From: Mycolicibacterium smegmatis
GTDB lineage: Bacteria; Actinomycetota; Actinomycetes; Mycobacteriales; Mycobacteriaceae
Reading direction: 5' to 3'
DNA length: 32,000 nt
Assembly (NCBI RefSeq): GCF_001457595.1
Contig: NZ_LN831039.1
Span: 6,030,001 to 6,062,000 of the forward strand
Shown: positions 15,303 through 23,279 of the stretch, piece after piece
Position numbering within the stretch: the stretch's first letter is position 1
Layout: each line of letters opens with the position of its first letter
The notes under the pieces: model-generated
Databases searched by the model: none
Told to the model about the DNA's origin: nothing
Seen by the model: only the letters and a program-made list of their open reading frames with translations
Position numbers and translations under genes: made by a program

Positions 15303-16292
15303 TCAGTCAGCTTCGCGCTCCAACCAGATCTCACGCCAATAGGTGGGCAACCCCCGAGAGCACATCCTCCAGTACTCGCCCCGGCACCCGGCGCCGTCGA
15401 GCATCACGCAGTCAGATTTGATCTCGACCATCCGACCCGTCTCGTCATCGACAAACCGGTGTACTCGGTCAACCACCGTGGTGGATGACCCGCACCACGT
15501 CGCATCCTCAGCATCGAACAGCAGACCACGATTTTTGTTGTGTTGGTCCAGAGTTGCTTCGATCTCGCGGCGCGAACGAATGCGCACCCTTTCGCCGACC
15601 TTCAGGTCGAGTGTCGCTCTCGGAGTGCGGACCCCGCGGCCCCGTATCTCGCGGAGTCGGCGCCCACCACACACACGAAACACCGGAGGTAGATGCTCTG
15701 CGCTTATCCGCTGGTAGCGGTTGATGACTGCCTCGGTCATGATCCGCACGAATGCCCATATCGAGTAGTTTCCGGACGCTACGTCCCAGAAGTACTGCTG
15801 CAGTTCGCCGATCGGCAGCGGGCGGGTGAAAACGTTCACCTCAGTGGCCTGGCACGTGTAGCGCACCACCCCGTCCGCGGCCTCTCGTCTGGTCCTGCCG
15901 AGACGGTTGAGCAGCTCCACATCGGCGTCTGAACGAGGGGTCGGAGGGGCATCGTCGTCGGCGACTCGCTTGAGCCAAGCATCCTTCCAATACATCAGGC
16001 ATCTCGCCTGGCACCCACCATGGGCAGAACCATCGCAATGAAGGCCTTCCAGGTGTACGGAATCATCGAGCCATCGAATGTGCCCATGCCCGTCACAGGT
16101 CTTGTGCGCACTCTTGGCCACGGTTGCACGCCGGCCGCAGAAGGCTGCCATCTCTGGCATGAACGGCATGCCGTCGAGGCGACCATCGGCATCAAGCGTT
16201 GCGACGATTTCCGCCAACGATCTGATCTCGACGAGTTCACCGACGCGGAGTGGGCGATCAACATTTGAACGCTTCTCGATTGTCTTTAACAT
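15303..16292 (-). CDS. Uncharacterised protein built from two copies of a ~100-aa Cys-rich domain
   Basis: Copy 1: LRVGELVEIRSLAEIVATLDADGRLDGMPFMPEMAAFCGRRATVAKSAHKTCDGHGHIRWLDDSVHLEGLHCDGSAHGGCQARCLMYWKDAWLKR. Copy 2: LKVGERVRIRSRREIEATLDQHNKNRGLLFDAEDATWCGSSTTVVDRVHRFVDDETGRMVEIKSDCVMLDGAGCRGEYWRMCSRGLPTYWREIWLER. Shared residues include VGE.V.IRS..EI.ATLD, CG, TV, L.G..C.G, YW..WL.R. GGAAGGG lies 5 nt upstream of ATG 16292; the track start is GTG 16313. Confidence 0.75.
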   Translation of the reverse strand: MLKTIEKRSNVDRPLRVGELVEIRSLAEIVATLDADGRLDGMPFMPEMAAFCGRRATVAKSAHKTCDGHGHIRWLDDSVHLEGLHCDGSAHGGCQARCLMYWKDAWLKRVADDDAPPTPRSDADVELLNRLGRTRREAADGVVRYTCQATEVNVFTRPLPIGELQQYFWDVASGNYSIWAFVRIMTEAVINRYQRISAEHLPPVFRVCGGRRLREIRGRGVRTPRATLDLKVGERVRIRSRREIEATLDQHNKNRGLLFDAEDATWCGSSTTVVDRVHRFVDDETGRMVEIKSDCVMLDGAGCRGEYWRMCSRGLPTYWREIWLEREAD

Positions 16293-16827
16293 CTGGACCC
16301 TTCCAGAGTGCACCGGGTCATTTGGCCCGCGAAGTTGATAGATCTATTTGACAGGGCTTTTATTCAGATGATTAATTTATGGGCGTCGCCGAAATCAGAA
16401 TGCGCCGAGATTTTCTCAATTTCCGACATATTCGCGAGTTACACAGCAAGTTGTACGCTGACACACAGCCTTCGCTGGTTGCGGCTTATGCCTGTTGCAG
16501 GCAACGAGTTGCGTCGCCCGAACATCGAAGCTGACATGCCCTTGCGCCCTTCATGGGCACTTCCGGCAAGAATCACGCGATCGGTCACGCCGTCAGCAGA
16601 TCCACGGCATGCTCGGGCAGTCGACGACAAAAAGGCATAATCGCGCATCAATCGTTGGCGCTGCGAAACACTCTCAATTCAGATCACCTGCCGCGGTGTG
16701 TATTTTTCTGAGCGATGCCGAGACCTGACTTCTCGGCAGTTTCGCGCATCGCGTCAAAGTCCTCCCGATCCTTTCTCATGTCGGACCGGCTGGACAGCGG
16801 TTCGAATTCGCGGTCGGTGGTTTATCA
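16293..16827. promoter_or_regulatory. AT-rich intergenic region: promoter of the duplicated-domain gene and end of the upstream methyltransferase transcript
   Basis: About 43% G+C by my hand count over 16321-16440, the lowest in the window. Perfect 10-bp palindrome ATAGATCTAT at 16338-16347. A-T tracts (ttattcagatgattaatttat). 8-bp-stem hairpin at 16716-16738. Confidence 0.4.
16716..16738 (-). terminator. Stem-loop about 90 nt downstream of the C-methyltransferase paralogue (terminator candidate without a U-tract)
   Basis: TGCCGAGA-cctgact-TCTCGGCA, a perfect 8-bp stem with a 7-nt loop. There is no T-run on the minus strand after it. Confidence 0.3.
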
Positions 16828-17901
16828 CTATCTGTCCACCTTCCAACGTCCGTCGAGCTCCGGATAACGGCTGGACACCTCGCCGAGGAGATCGGGCACG
16901 GTCAGCAACACACTGTCCGGGTTCGCGGCGAGCAGTTCATCCGGCGAGACGATCGGAATGTCGGTACCCGGCATGCGACGGCCCAGCTTGGCAGGCGCCG
17001 CGTCCGCGACCGCCGCGACCAACCGCGAGTCGAGTCCCGCCCGGCTGAACAGCGCCACCGCCCGTGACGCGGCGCCGTATGCGAAGACAGTGCGGCCAGC
17101 GGAGGATTCCGCCTCGAGCCAGCTCCTCAGGTCGTTTACGTGGAGATCGGCCCGCCGCTGCAGGGCGGCGACGACCGCCGGATCGGATATGCCGAACTCG
17201 TCCTCACTCTTCAGGATGCGCGCGACCACGGCGTCACCGTCGACGTCCTCCGGAACCGCCGCCAGGAGCACTGTTCCGCCGTACAGGTCGAACTCCCACG
17301 CCGTGGCCACGCGAAGTCCGACCTCGCCGAGGAGCCGCACGAGCGCACTCAGGGAGTAGTACGCGAAGTGACCGTGCCGCAGCGCATTCCACTGCCCTTC
17401 CCGGACGATCGTCATGATCGAGTGGTACTGCAGCAGCAGGACTCCGCCTGGCCGGATCTGTCGGGCACGCTCTTCGAAGGCGCGGCGCTGGTCGGATTCG
17501 TGCATGATGCCGAAGCAGTCGAGCACCACATCCGCCTGCGAGTGCACAGCGGTGAAACCGCGGTCTGTGAGCCACGGAAGCCACGTGCCGCCGTGCGGAC
17601 TGCCGAATTCGAGGACCGTGCTCCCTCTGAGCCAGCCCGCGACGTCCACCATTGCGACCGCCGCCGCTGCCTGATCCTTGAGCGCCTGGGGTTCCACCCC
17701 GCGGGGCTCGTCGGAAACCGTGTCGTCGTCGGCGAGTTGCGCAAGTCCGCATGAACCACACATGTCCATCGCCAGTGGATGCGATGTCTCTTCAGAGCTG
17801 ACTGGCGCGGTGACAAGAGGAAAGTGGTCTGACGCCGGAACCTTTCCGAGATCAAGGACCCTGGTGAGATCCGTTTTCCCGCATCCTCGGCACGCATTCA
17901 T
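16828..17901 (-). CDS. SAM-dependent methyltransferase with N-terminal zinc ribbon, NDP-hexose C-methyltransferase (TylCIII-like) family, short paralogue
   Basis: Four-Cys N-terminus MNACRGCGKTDLTRVLDLGKVPASDHF ... MDMCGSCGLAQL, then a class-I SAM fold (VLEFGSPHGGTWLPWL ... VLLLQYHS) and a C-terminal Rossmann-like extension (FAYGAASRAVALF). 357 aa, against 418 aa for the paralogue at 20974-22230. GGAG lies 8 nt upstream of the ATG. Confidence 0.8.
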   Translation of the reverse strand: MNACRGCGKTDLTRVLDLGKVPASDHFPLVTAPVSSEETSHPLAMDMCGSCGLAQLADDDTVSDEPRGVEPQALKDQAAAAVAMVDVAGWLRGSTVLEFGSPHGGTWLPWLTDRGFTAVHSQADVVLDCFGIMHESDQRRAFEERARQIRPGGVLLLQYHSIMTIVREGQWNALRHGHFAYYSLSALVRLLGEVGLRVATAWEFDLYGGTVLLAAVPEDVDGDAVVARILKSEDEFGISDPAVVAALQRRADLHVNDLRSWLEAESSAGRTVFAYGAASRAVALFSRAGLDSRLVAAVADAAPAKLGRRMPGTDIPIVSPDELLAANPDSVLLTVPDLLGEVSSRYPELDGRWKVDR

Positions 17902-17915
17902 GACAGCATCTCCAT

Positions 17916-18470
17916 GTGCGTATCGAAGGTGCAGACCTCGCCGACGTGCTGGTTCTCGTTCCGGAGCCGTTCCGCGATGAGCGCGGACTGTTCACCCGGA
18001 CGTTCGACGCCCACATCTTCGACGACCACCTCGGCCGACCCGGCGTCTCGGCGTCGTTCGTCCAGGACTCCCAGTCCCGTTCGTCGCAGGGCGTCGTGCG
18101 GGGCATGCACGGCCGCTCCGAACGAGGCGAAGCCAAGCTCGTGCGTTGCGCCCACGGCGCCGTGCACGACGTCCTTGTCGACATTCGCCCGGACTCCCCC
18201 ACCTTCGGCCGCCAACAGGCATTTCTGCTTGACGATAAGGATTTTCGGCATCTGTACGTGCCCCCCGGTTTTCTTCATGGTTTTCAGGCTCTGACGGCCA
18301 TCGCCGATGTGTGCTACCGGATCGACCGCCCCCACGATCCATCCGAGGATCTCGCCGTTGCCTACAACGACCCCGACCTCGGGATCGACTGGCCGCTACC
18401 GGTCACGATGGTCTCCCCGCGAGACGCCGGTGCCGGAAGCTGGTCCGACCTGATCAGGCATATGTCCTGA
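17916..18470 (+). CDS. RmlC-like cupin (NDP-4-keto-6-deoxyhexose 3,5- / 3- / 5-epimerase family)
   Basis: VLVPEPFRDERGLFTRTFD, QDSQSRSSQGVVRGMH, KLVRCAHGAVHDVLVDIRPDSPTFG, LYVPPGFLHGFQAL. GTG start with no Shine-Dalgarno, only 14 bp from the divergent ATG at 17901. Confidence 0.8.
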   Translation: MRIEGADLADVLVLVPEPFRDERGLFTRTFDAHIFDDHLGRPGVSASFVQDSQSRSSQGVVRGMHGRSERGEAKLVRCAHGAVHDVLVDIRPDSPTFGRQQAFLLDDKDFRHLYVPPGFLHGFQALTAIADVCYRIDRPHDPSEDLAVAYNDPDLGIDWPLPVTMVSPRDAGAGSWSDLIRHMS

Positions 18471-19482
18471 CCCTCCTCAGGGTCTTGTCGATGACGCCGT
18501 AGTCCCGCAGTTCCTCCAGGTGGGCCAGCCGGGTGAACTTCTTCACGAACGCCACGGCAGTCAGCCCGGCCGCGTCGTATTCCTTGTAAAGCTCGGCGGC
18601 GCCGTCCGGAATCGACCACTTCGCCTCGAATCCCAGTTCTTCGCGAACCTTCGAGAAGTCCACGCGGTACGAACGCGGGTCAGCGCCCGTCTCACCTGTG
18701 ATCATCAGCTCGGAACCAGGAACCACGTCGACTACCGCCTGCGCGATCTCGGCCACCGTCAAATTGTTCGACTCGCTGCCGACGTTGTAGGCCGCACAGT
18801 GCACCTTTTTGGCCGGCGCTTCCAGAGCCAGCAGGAACGCGGCTGCTATGTCGCGTGCGTGGACAAGCGGTCGCCAGGGAGTGCCGTCCGACAACACCCG
18901 GACTTCTCCGGTGAGGAACCCGTGCCCGACCAGGTTGTTGAGCACAATGTCCGCGCGCAGGCGCGGCGAGAACCCGAAGGCGGTGGCATTCCGGAGGAAC
19001 ACCGGGGTGAATGAGTCGTCCGCCATCTCCGCGACGTCATCTTCGACTCGCACCTTGCTTTCCGCGTACGGGGTCAGAGGTCGCAACGGGGCGTCTTCAT
19101 TGACCAGATCATCGCCGGCCGACCCGTACACCGAGCAGGTCGACGCGTAGAGGAACCTCCGGACACCGGCGGACTTCGCCAGACGAGCCAACCGTACCGA
19201 GGCAAGGTGGTTTATCTCGTAGGTGATCTGAGGCGCCAGCGCGCCGAGTGGATCGTTGGACAACGCCGCGAGGTGGATGACTGCGTCGAAGCCCGCCAGC
19301 TGTTCCACCGTCACGTCCCTGAGGTCCACCTGTATCGCCGGCGGGTCCGCCGGCTCCGGGCCGAGGACACAATCAGCGAAGAAGCCGGTGTCCAGGCCTG
19401 TGACATCATGTCCGGCGAGTTGCAGGATCGGCACCATGACGGTGCCCAGATACCCCTGATGGCCGGTGACCAATACTCTCAT
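18454..19482 (-). CDS. Extended SDR, NAD-dependent sugar epimerase/reductase type (not a 4,6-dehydratase)
   Basis: MRVLVTGHQGYLGTVM (GxxGxxG), YASTCSVYG, TPYAESK (YxxxK). It lacks the TDEVYG Asp-Glu pair of 4,6-dehydratases. AGGGAG lies 8 nt upstream of ATG 19482; the track start ATG 19488 is only 2 nt from it. The 3' end overlaps the convergent cupin gene by 17 nt. Confidence 0.85.
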   Translation of the reverse strand: MRVLVTGHQGYLGTVMVPILQLAGHDVTGLDTGFFADCVLGPEPADPPAIQVDLRDVTVEQLAGFDAVIHLAALSNDPLGALAPQITYEINHLASVRLARLAKSAGVRRFLYASTCSVYGSAGDDLVNEDAPLRPLTPYAESKVRVEDDVAEMADDSFTPVFLRNATAFGFSPRLRADIVLNNLVGHGFLTGEVRVLSDGTPWRPLVHARDIAAAFLLALEAPAKKVHCAAYNVGSESNNLTVAEIAQAVVDVVPGSELMITGETGADPRSYRVDFSKVREELGFEAKWSIPDGAAELYKEYDAAGLTAVAFVKKFTRLAHLEELRDYGVIDKTLRRVRTYA

Positions 19483-19511
19483 TTCCATTGCTCCCTAATC
19501 GTTGTCGGTCG

Positions 19512-20180
19512 TCAGTACTGCGGTTGCGTGCGGTGCGCTCCGAATCTGACGGTTGCTTTCTCCAAGATGAAACTCTCGGCGTATGTGTGGCGGCACTGGA
19601 CTCCCCGCATCCTCGCCAGCCCGAGGAATGCCTGCTCGTCGAACCAGTCGTGGGCGGCCTGGGACGGGTAGTGCTTGTGTAGCAGCCGCGCCTTCTCCTC
19701 TGCTACGGACGCCTCCAGTGGGTGGAATATCGATGGCCGTGGAGTGTCGGCCTCCCACTTGAGGATCTCGTACCCCAGCACGAGGTGATCACGGAACTCG
19801 GTCGGCAGGAGTTCCGCCAGAAGACGGTGGTCCTGGTGTGCGTCACCACGGTGCGGCCCGAACACCAGTTGCGGATCACATGACAATCGAAACTCACTGA
19901 CGCACGCCTTGATTCGTTCCCAGTGTGCGGGAGACTTGCCGTCTTCGACATCCAGCACGGTCAGCTGAAGGTCGGAGCCAGGGCAGAAGGCGTCGAGTGC
20001 TCCGGCCTCCTCGGTTTCGCGTTCGGTGCCACCACCTGACAACACAAGAGCAGTGACCCGAAGCCCGGGCACTGTGTTTGCGAGTGTGAGCAGCGTGCCA
20101 CCCATGCCGATCGCGATGTCGTCGCAATGGGCGCCGACAACCGCGATCTCCCGAAGGTCACCGGTGAACAACTCGTTCAT
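19512..20180 (-). CDS. PIG-L / LmbE-family N-acetylglucosaminyl deacetylase-like protein
   Basis: IAVVGAHCDDIAIGMGGTLL (AHxDD zinc motif) and HRGDAHQDHRLL (HxDH). ATG 20180 overlaps the upstream TGA (ATGA, 20180-20177). Confidence 0.85.
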   Translation of the reverse strand: MNELFTGDLREIAVVGAHCDDIAIGMGGTLLTLANTVPGLRVTALVLSGGGTERETEEAGALDAFCPGSDLQLTVLDVEDGKSPAHWERIKACVSEFRLSCDPQLVFGPHRGDAHQDHRLLAELLPTEFRDHLVLGYEILKWEADTPRPSIFHPLEASVAEEKARLLHKHYPSQAAHDWFDEQAFLGLARMRGVQCRHTYAESFILEKATVRFGAHRTQPQY

Positions 20181-20977
20181 GATGCCTCGGGCACCGCGCG
20201 CACCGACTTTTCCCACAGCATCCACGGGCGGTCACCGTCGTGATACCGGGCCTCGAGTTCAGCGCGTTCCTTGAAGGTGTCAGCAGGCTTCCAGAAACCT
20301 TGGTACCGGTATCCGAACAGCTTGCCCTGTCCGGCAAGCGTCCCGCACACATCTGCCACGAGGTCGCCGCCGGGCGGCAGAAGATCGAAAATCCCCTGGG
20401 ACAGAACGAAAAACCCGCCGTTCTCCCAGATGGTCAATTCAGAGACCGCGATGATCTCCTTGACCTCGCCTGCCTCGGAGACCTCGACGCAGTGGAATGA
20501 CGACTGAGGAGGCACCACCATCATCGATGCGACGGCACCGGATAGGTGGAACTCGGCGATCATGTGGTCCAACGGGGCGTCCGTCAGCACATCGGCATAG
20601 TTGGCCAGGAAGTACTCGTCGCCGTCGAGATAATCACGTACCCGGCGCAGACGTTCACCGATCGGAGATTCGAGACCCGTGTCGACGAACGAGATCGTCC
20701 AGTCGCTGATGTCCGAATGCATCAATTGGACCTGACCACCGCTCATCACGAAATCGTTCGATGCGGCCTCCTGGTAGGTCAGGAAGTAGTTCTTGATGTG
20801 GTCGGCACCGTAACCGAGGCACAGGATGAACTCTTTGTGGCCGAAGTGTGCGTAGTAGCGCATCACGTGCCAGATGAGCGGTCGCGGGCCGACCATCTGC
20901 ATCGGCTTCGGTACGGCATCACCCGGACCGTTGCGCATCCGCATGCCGTATCCACCGCAGAACAGAACGACCTTCAT
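20177..20977 (-). CDS. rfbF: Glucose-1-phosphate cytidylyltransferase-like nucleotidyltransferase (RfbF family)
   Basis: MKVVLFCGGYGMRMRNGPGDAVPKPMQMVGPRPLIWHVMRYYAHFGHKEFILCLGYGADHIKNYF aligns along its length with the RfbF N-terminus (MKAVILAGGLGTRL..KPKPMVEIGGKPILWHIMK.Y...G...FI.C.GY). GGGAGGAA ribosome-binding site. ATG 20977 overlaps the upstream TGA (ATGA). Family assignment is firm; the sugar-phosphate substrate is not. Confidence 0.8.
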   Translation of the reverse strand: MKVVLFCGGYGMRMRNGPGDAVPKPMQMVGPRPLIWHVMRYYAHFGHKEFILCLGYGADHIKNYFLTYQEAASNDFVMSGGQVQLMHSDISDWTISFVDTGLESPIGERLRRVRDYLDGDEYFLANYADVLTDAPLDHMIAEFHLSGAVASMMVVPPQSSFHCVEVSEAGEVKEIIAVSELTIWENGGFFVLSQGIFDLLPPGGDLVADVCGTLAGQGKLFGYRYQGFWKPADTFKERAELEARYHDGDRPWMLWEKSVRAVPEAS

Positions 20978-22230
20978 GCTGATATTCCTCCCAGTGGCGG
21001 TTTGAACACGGCAGAGCTGTGCAGGGTGGGAAGGGGGAAGATCAACTGTCCACCCCACTCCCATATGTAGGACAGTTGCTCTGTCAGTTCGGTTTCCAAG
21101 TTCCAAGGCAGTGCAAGGACAACGTCGGGACGGTCTTTGGCGATTTGCGCCGGATCGTGGATCGGAATCCGGGTGCCCGGTGTGTATCGACCGTGCTTGT
21201 ACGGATTGCGGTCGACCGTGTACGTGAGCAGGTCAGGGCGGATCCCGCAGTAGTTGAGCAGAGTGTTTCCCTTGCCAGGTGCGCCGTAACCGACCACCAA
21301 TTTGCCTTCGGCGCGACAGTCGAGAAGAAACTGCAGCAGCTGATGACGAACCGCTTCGGCTCGCGGTCTGAGTGCGAGGTAGCCGTCGACCTCGTGTAGT
21401 CCTGCTTCTTCCTCGATGGCCAGGATTTCGGCGACCCGTTGGGTTTGTGGCCCGGCGACGTCTTCGCGCTGCGCCCAGAGGCGAATCGATCCACCGTGTG
21501 TGGGAAGCATCTCGACGTCCACGACCGCCAGGCCGGCGGTCGCGAGTGCGCGCATGGCGGAAAGCACTGTGTAGTACTGGAAGTGTTCGTGGTAGATGGT
21601 GTCGAACTGGCCGAGAGTGACCAGGTTCAAGGCATGGTGGACCTCGATGCTCAGCCAACCGTCGTCTGCGAGCAATCTGCGTAGCGCCCGGGTGAAGCCG
21701 AGCAGATCGGGGATGTGCGCGTAGACGTTGTTGGCGACTACCAGGTCGGCCGGACCGTGATCATCGCGCACCTTGGCTGCGACTTCTTCATCCAGGAAAG
21801 CGGTCAGGGTCGGCACGCCGGCGTCACGCGCAGCGGCACCGACGTTCACCGACGGCTCGATCCCCAGGCACGGAATACCGGCGGCCACCGCGTGCTGGAG
21901 AAGATACCCGTCGTTACTGGCGACTTCGACGACGAAGGACTTTGAACCGAGGCCCAGGCGCGCGGCGGCGTCGTCGACGAACCGCTTGGCGTGCTGGACC
22001 CAGCTGTCGGAGTACGACGAGTAGTACGCGTACTCACTGAAGGTGTCCTCCGGGGTTATCAGAGCCGGAATCTGGAGCAGCAGGCAGTCCTCGCACAGTC
22101 GCAGATGCAACGGATAGGTGGGCTCGGGCAGATCGAGTTCTCCTGCGGCGAGGAACTTCTCGCACGGAGGTGTCGCGCCGAGGTCAAGCACGCTGAGGAG
22201 CCGTTGGGAGCCGCACAGTCGGCAGGTCAT
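20974..22230 (-). CDS. NDP-hexose C-methyltransferase (TylCIII/EryBIII-like; zinc ribbon, SAM fold and C-terminal domain)
   Basis: MTCRLCGSQRLLSVLDLGATPPCEKF ... LHLRLCEDCLLLQIP (four Cys), FSEYAYYSSYSDSWVQHAKRF, FVVEVASNDGYLLQ (SAM motif I), VVGYGAPGKGNTLLNYCGI (C-terminal Rossmann-like domain). ATG 22230 overlaps the upstream TGA (ATGA). Confidence 0.85.
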   Translation of the reverse strand: MTCRLCGSQRLLSVLDLGATPPCEKFLAAGELDLPEPTYPLHLRLCEDCLLLQIPALITPEDTFSEYAYYSSYSDSWVQHAKRFVDDAAARLGLGSKSFVVEVASNDGYLLQHAVAAGIPCLGIEPSVNVGAAARDAGVPTLTAFLDEEVAAKVRDDHGPADLVVANNVYAHIPDLLGFTRALRRLLADDGWLSIEVHHALNLVTLGQFDTIYHEHFQYYTVLSAMRALATAGLAVVDVEMLPTHGGSIRLWAQREDVAGPQTQRVAEILAIEEEAGLHEVDGYLALRPRAEAVRHQLLQFLLDCRAEGKLVVGYGAPGKGNTLLNYCGIRPDLLTYTVDRNPYKHGRYTPGTRIPIHDPAQIAKDRPDVVLALPWNLETELTEQLSYIWEWGGQLIFPLPTLHSSAVFKPPLGGISA

Positions 22231-23279
22231 GAGATCTCCGTTCTTCCGCTTGTGGGAAATTCAGTGCTCGTTGTGACCGGTCCACGCCGGTGGTCCCGTC
22301 CTGGCCCGAGTTCCGATGCGCTACGCACCGAAGTCTTCGTCGCCGCGATGATCGCGTCGCAGCACAACTCCTCTGCTTCTGTCACGGCCGATATCTCCCT
22401 GCTCTTGAGCAACGAGGCGATCTGGACCTGGTGGTCGTCGATGTGCTCGTGACGCTTGGCGCGCCGCGGAACCACCACGGGGTATATCCCCATCTCAAGC
22501 AGGTGCATGATTGTTCCGACGCCGGCATGCGTGACGACGACGTCGGCGGAACGAGCGCAGTCCTCGAACGCCGCGGCGCGCATCTGAGCGACCGCTTTCC
22601 CCGGGAGCCCCTGCCGCTCTGTGGTTCCGAGTTGCCAGACCGTCCTGCTGTCAGCGAGGCCGGAGCGCAATACGGCGTCGACAAGCGCGTCGAACCGATA
22701 GGGGTAGATGGTGCCGAGTGTCACGAACAGGCGAGGATTGTCGACCTGTGGTTTCGGCAGGGTCTCGTAGCTGTCGAACAACGATCGCCGGTATTTCCAG
22801 CGGCGCCCCGCCCAGTGCTGGTATTGGCAGCACGTGTGCACGCGCGGATCGAGGCTGGCCAACTTGCCGGTGAGAGACGGTCCGTTCACCCGCGACACGC
22901 TCTCGAAATAGAACGCGGGTACGTGGTGGGTGCGAGCAGCAGTCAAGGCTGCCAAACCGACCGCTGCCCCCGTCGTCACTGCCGCTGTGAAAGCCTCTTC
23001 TTTCCAGTCGATCTCCCGCATCATCCGGGTCAGCGCGTTGACCGCTCCGCGAAAATCACGAGGCGCGACATAAGGGACGTACATGACCCGTCGATGTTGG
23101 AGCAGCGAATCACTCTGCGGTGACTTGAAGGTGATCCACAGCGAGTCGGGATCCGAGCCGATCAACTGTGACCACTTGACCAACTGCGCCAGATGACCAC
23201 CGGTCGACGCCACCAGCAGTTGACGCCCGGGCACAGGGTCGTCGAGAGACACCGACTGCATATGCTCTACGTGCGTCAT
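22227..23279 (-). CDS. Fused Alg14-like and Alg13-like (PssD/PssE, Cps14F/G-type; GT28-related) glycosyltransferase
   Basis: N-terminal half LLVASTGGHLAQLVKW ... HHVPAFYFESVSRVNGPSLTGKLAS is Alg14/PssD-like. C-terminal half LFVTLGTIYPYRFDALVDAV ... VVTHAGVGTIMHLLEMGIYPVVVPRRAKRHEHIDDHQVQIA is Alg13/PssE/Glyco_tran_28_C-like. Start ATG 23279 (MTHVEHMQ) overlaps the ugd TGA (ATGA). The 59 upstream codons of the track ORF are Arg/Gly-rich and overlap ugd. Confidence 0.8.
   Translation of the reverse strand: MTHVEHMQSVSLDDPVPGRQLLVASTGGHLAQLVKWSQLIGSDPDSLWITFKSPQSDSLLQHRRVMYVPYVAPRDFRGAVNALTRMMREIDWKEEAFTAAVTTGAAVGLAALTAARTHHVPAFYFESVSRVNGPSLTGKLASLDPRVHTCCQYQHWAGRRWKYRRSLFDSYETLPKPQVDNPRLFVTLGTIYPYRFDALVDAVLRSGLADSRTVWQLGTTERQGLPGKAVAQMRAAAFEDCARSADVVVTHAGVGTIMHLLEMGIYPVVVPRRAKRHEHIDDHQVQIASLLKSREISAVTEAEELCCDAIIAATKTSVRSASELGPGRDHRRGPVTTSTEFPTSGRTEIS

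Noticed and set aside
16684-16779. 31-codon minus-strand ORF (MRKDREDFDAMRETAEKSGLGIAQKNTHRGR) in the AT-rich spacer, faintly like a ribbon-helix-helix or antitoxin fragment.
   Set aside because: It is too short, has no ribosome-binding site and no partner gene. The 8-bp hairpin lies inside it. The resemblance is not specific.
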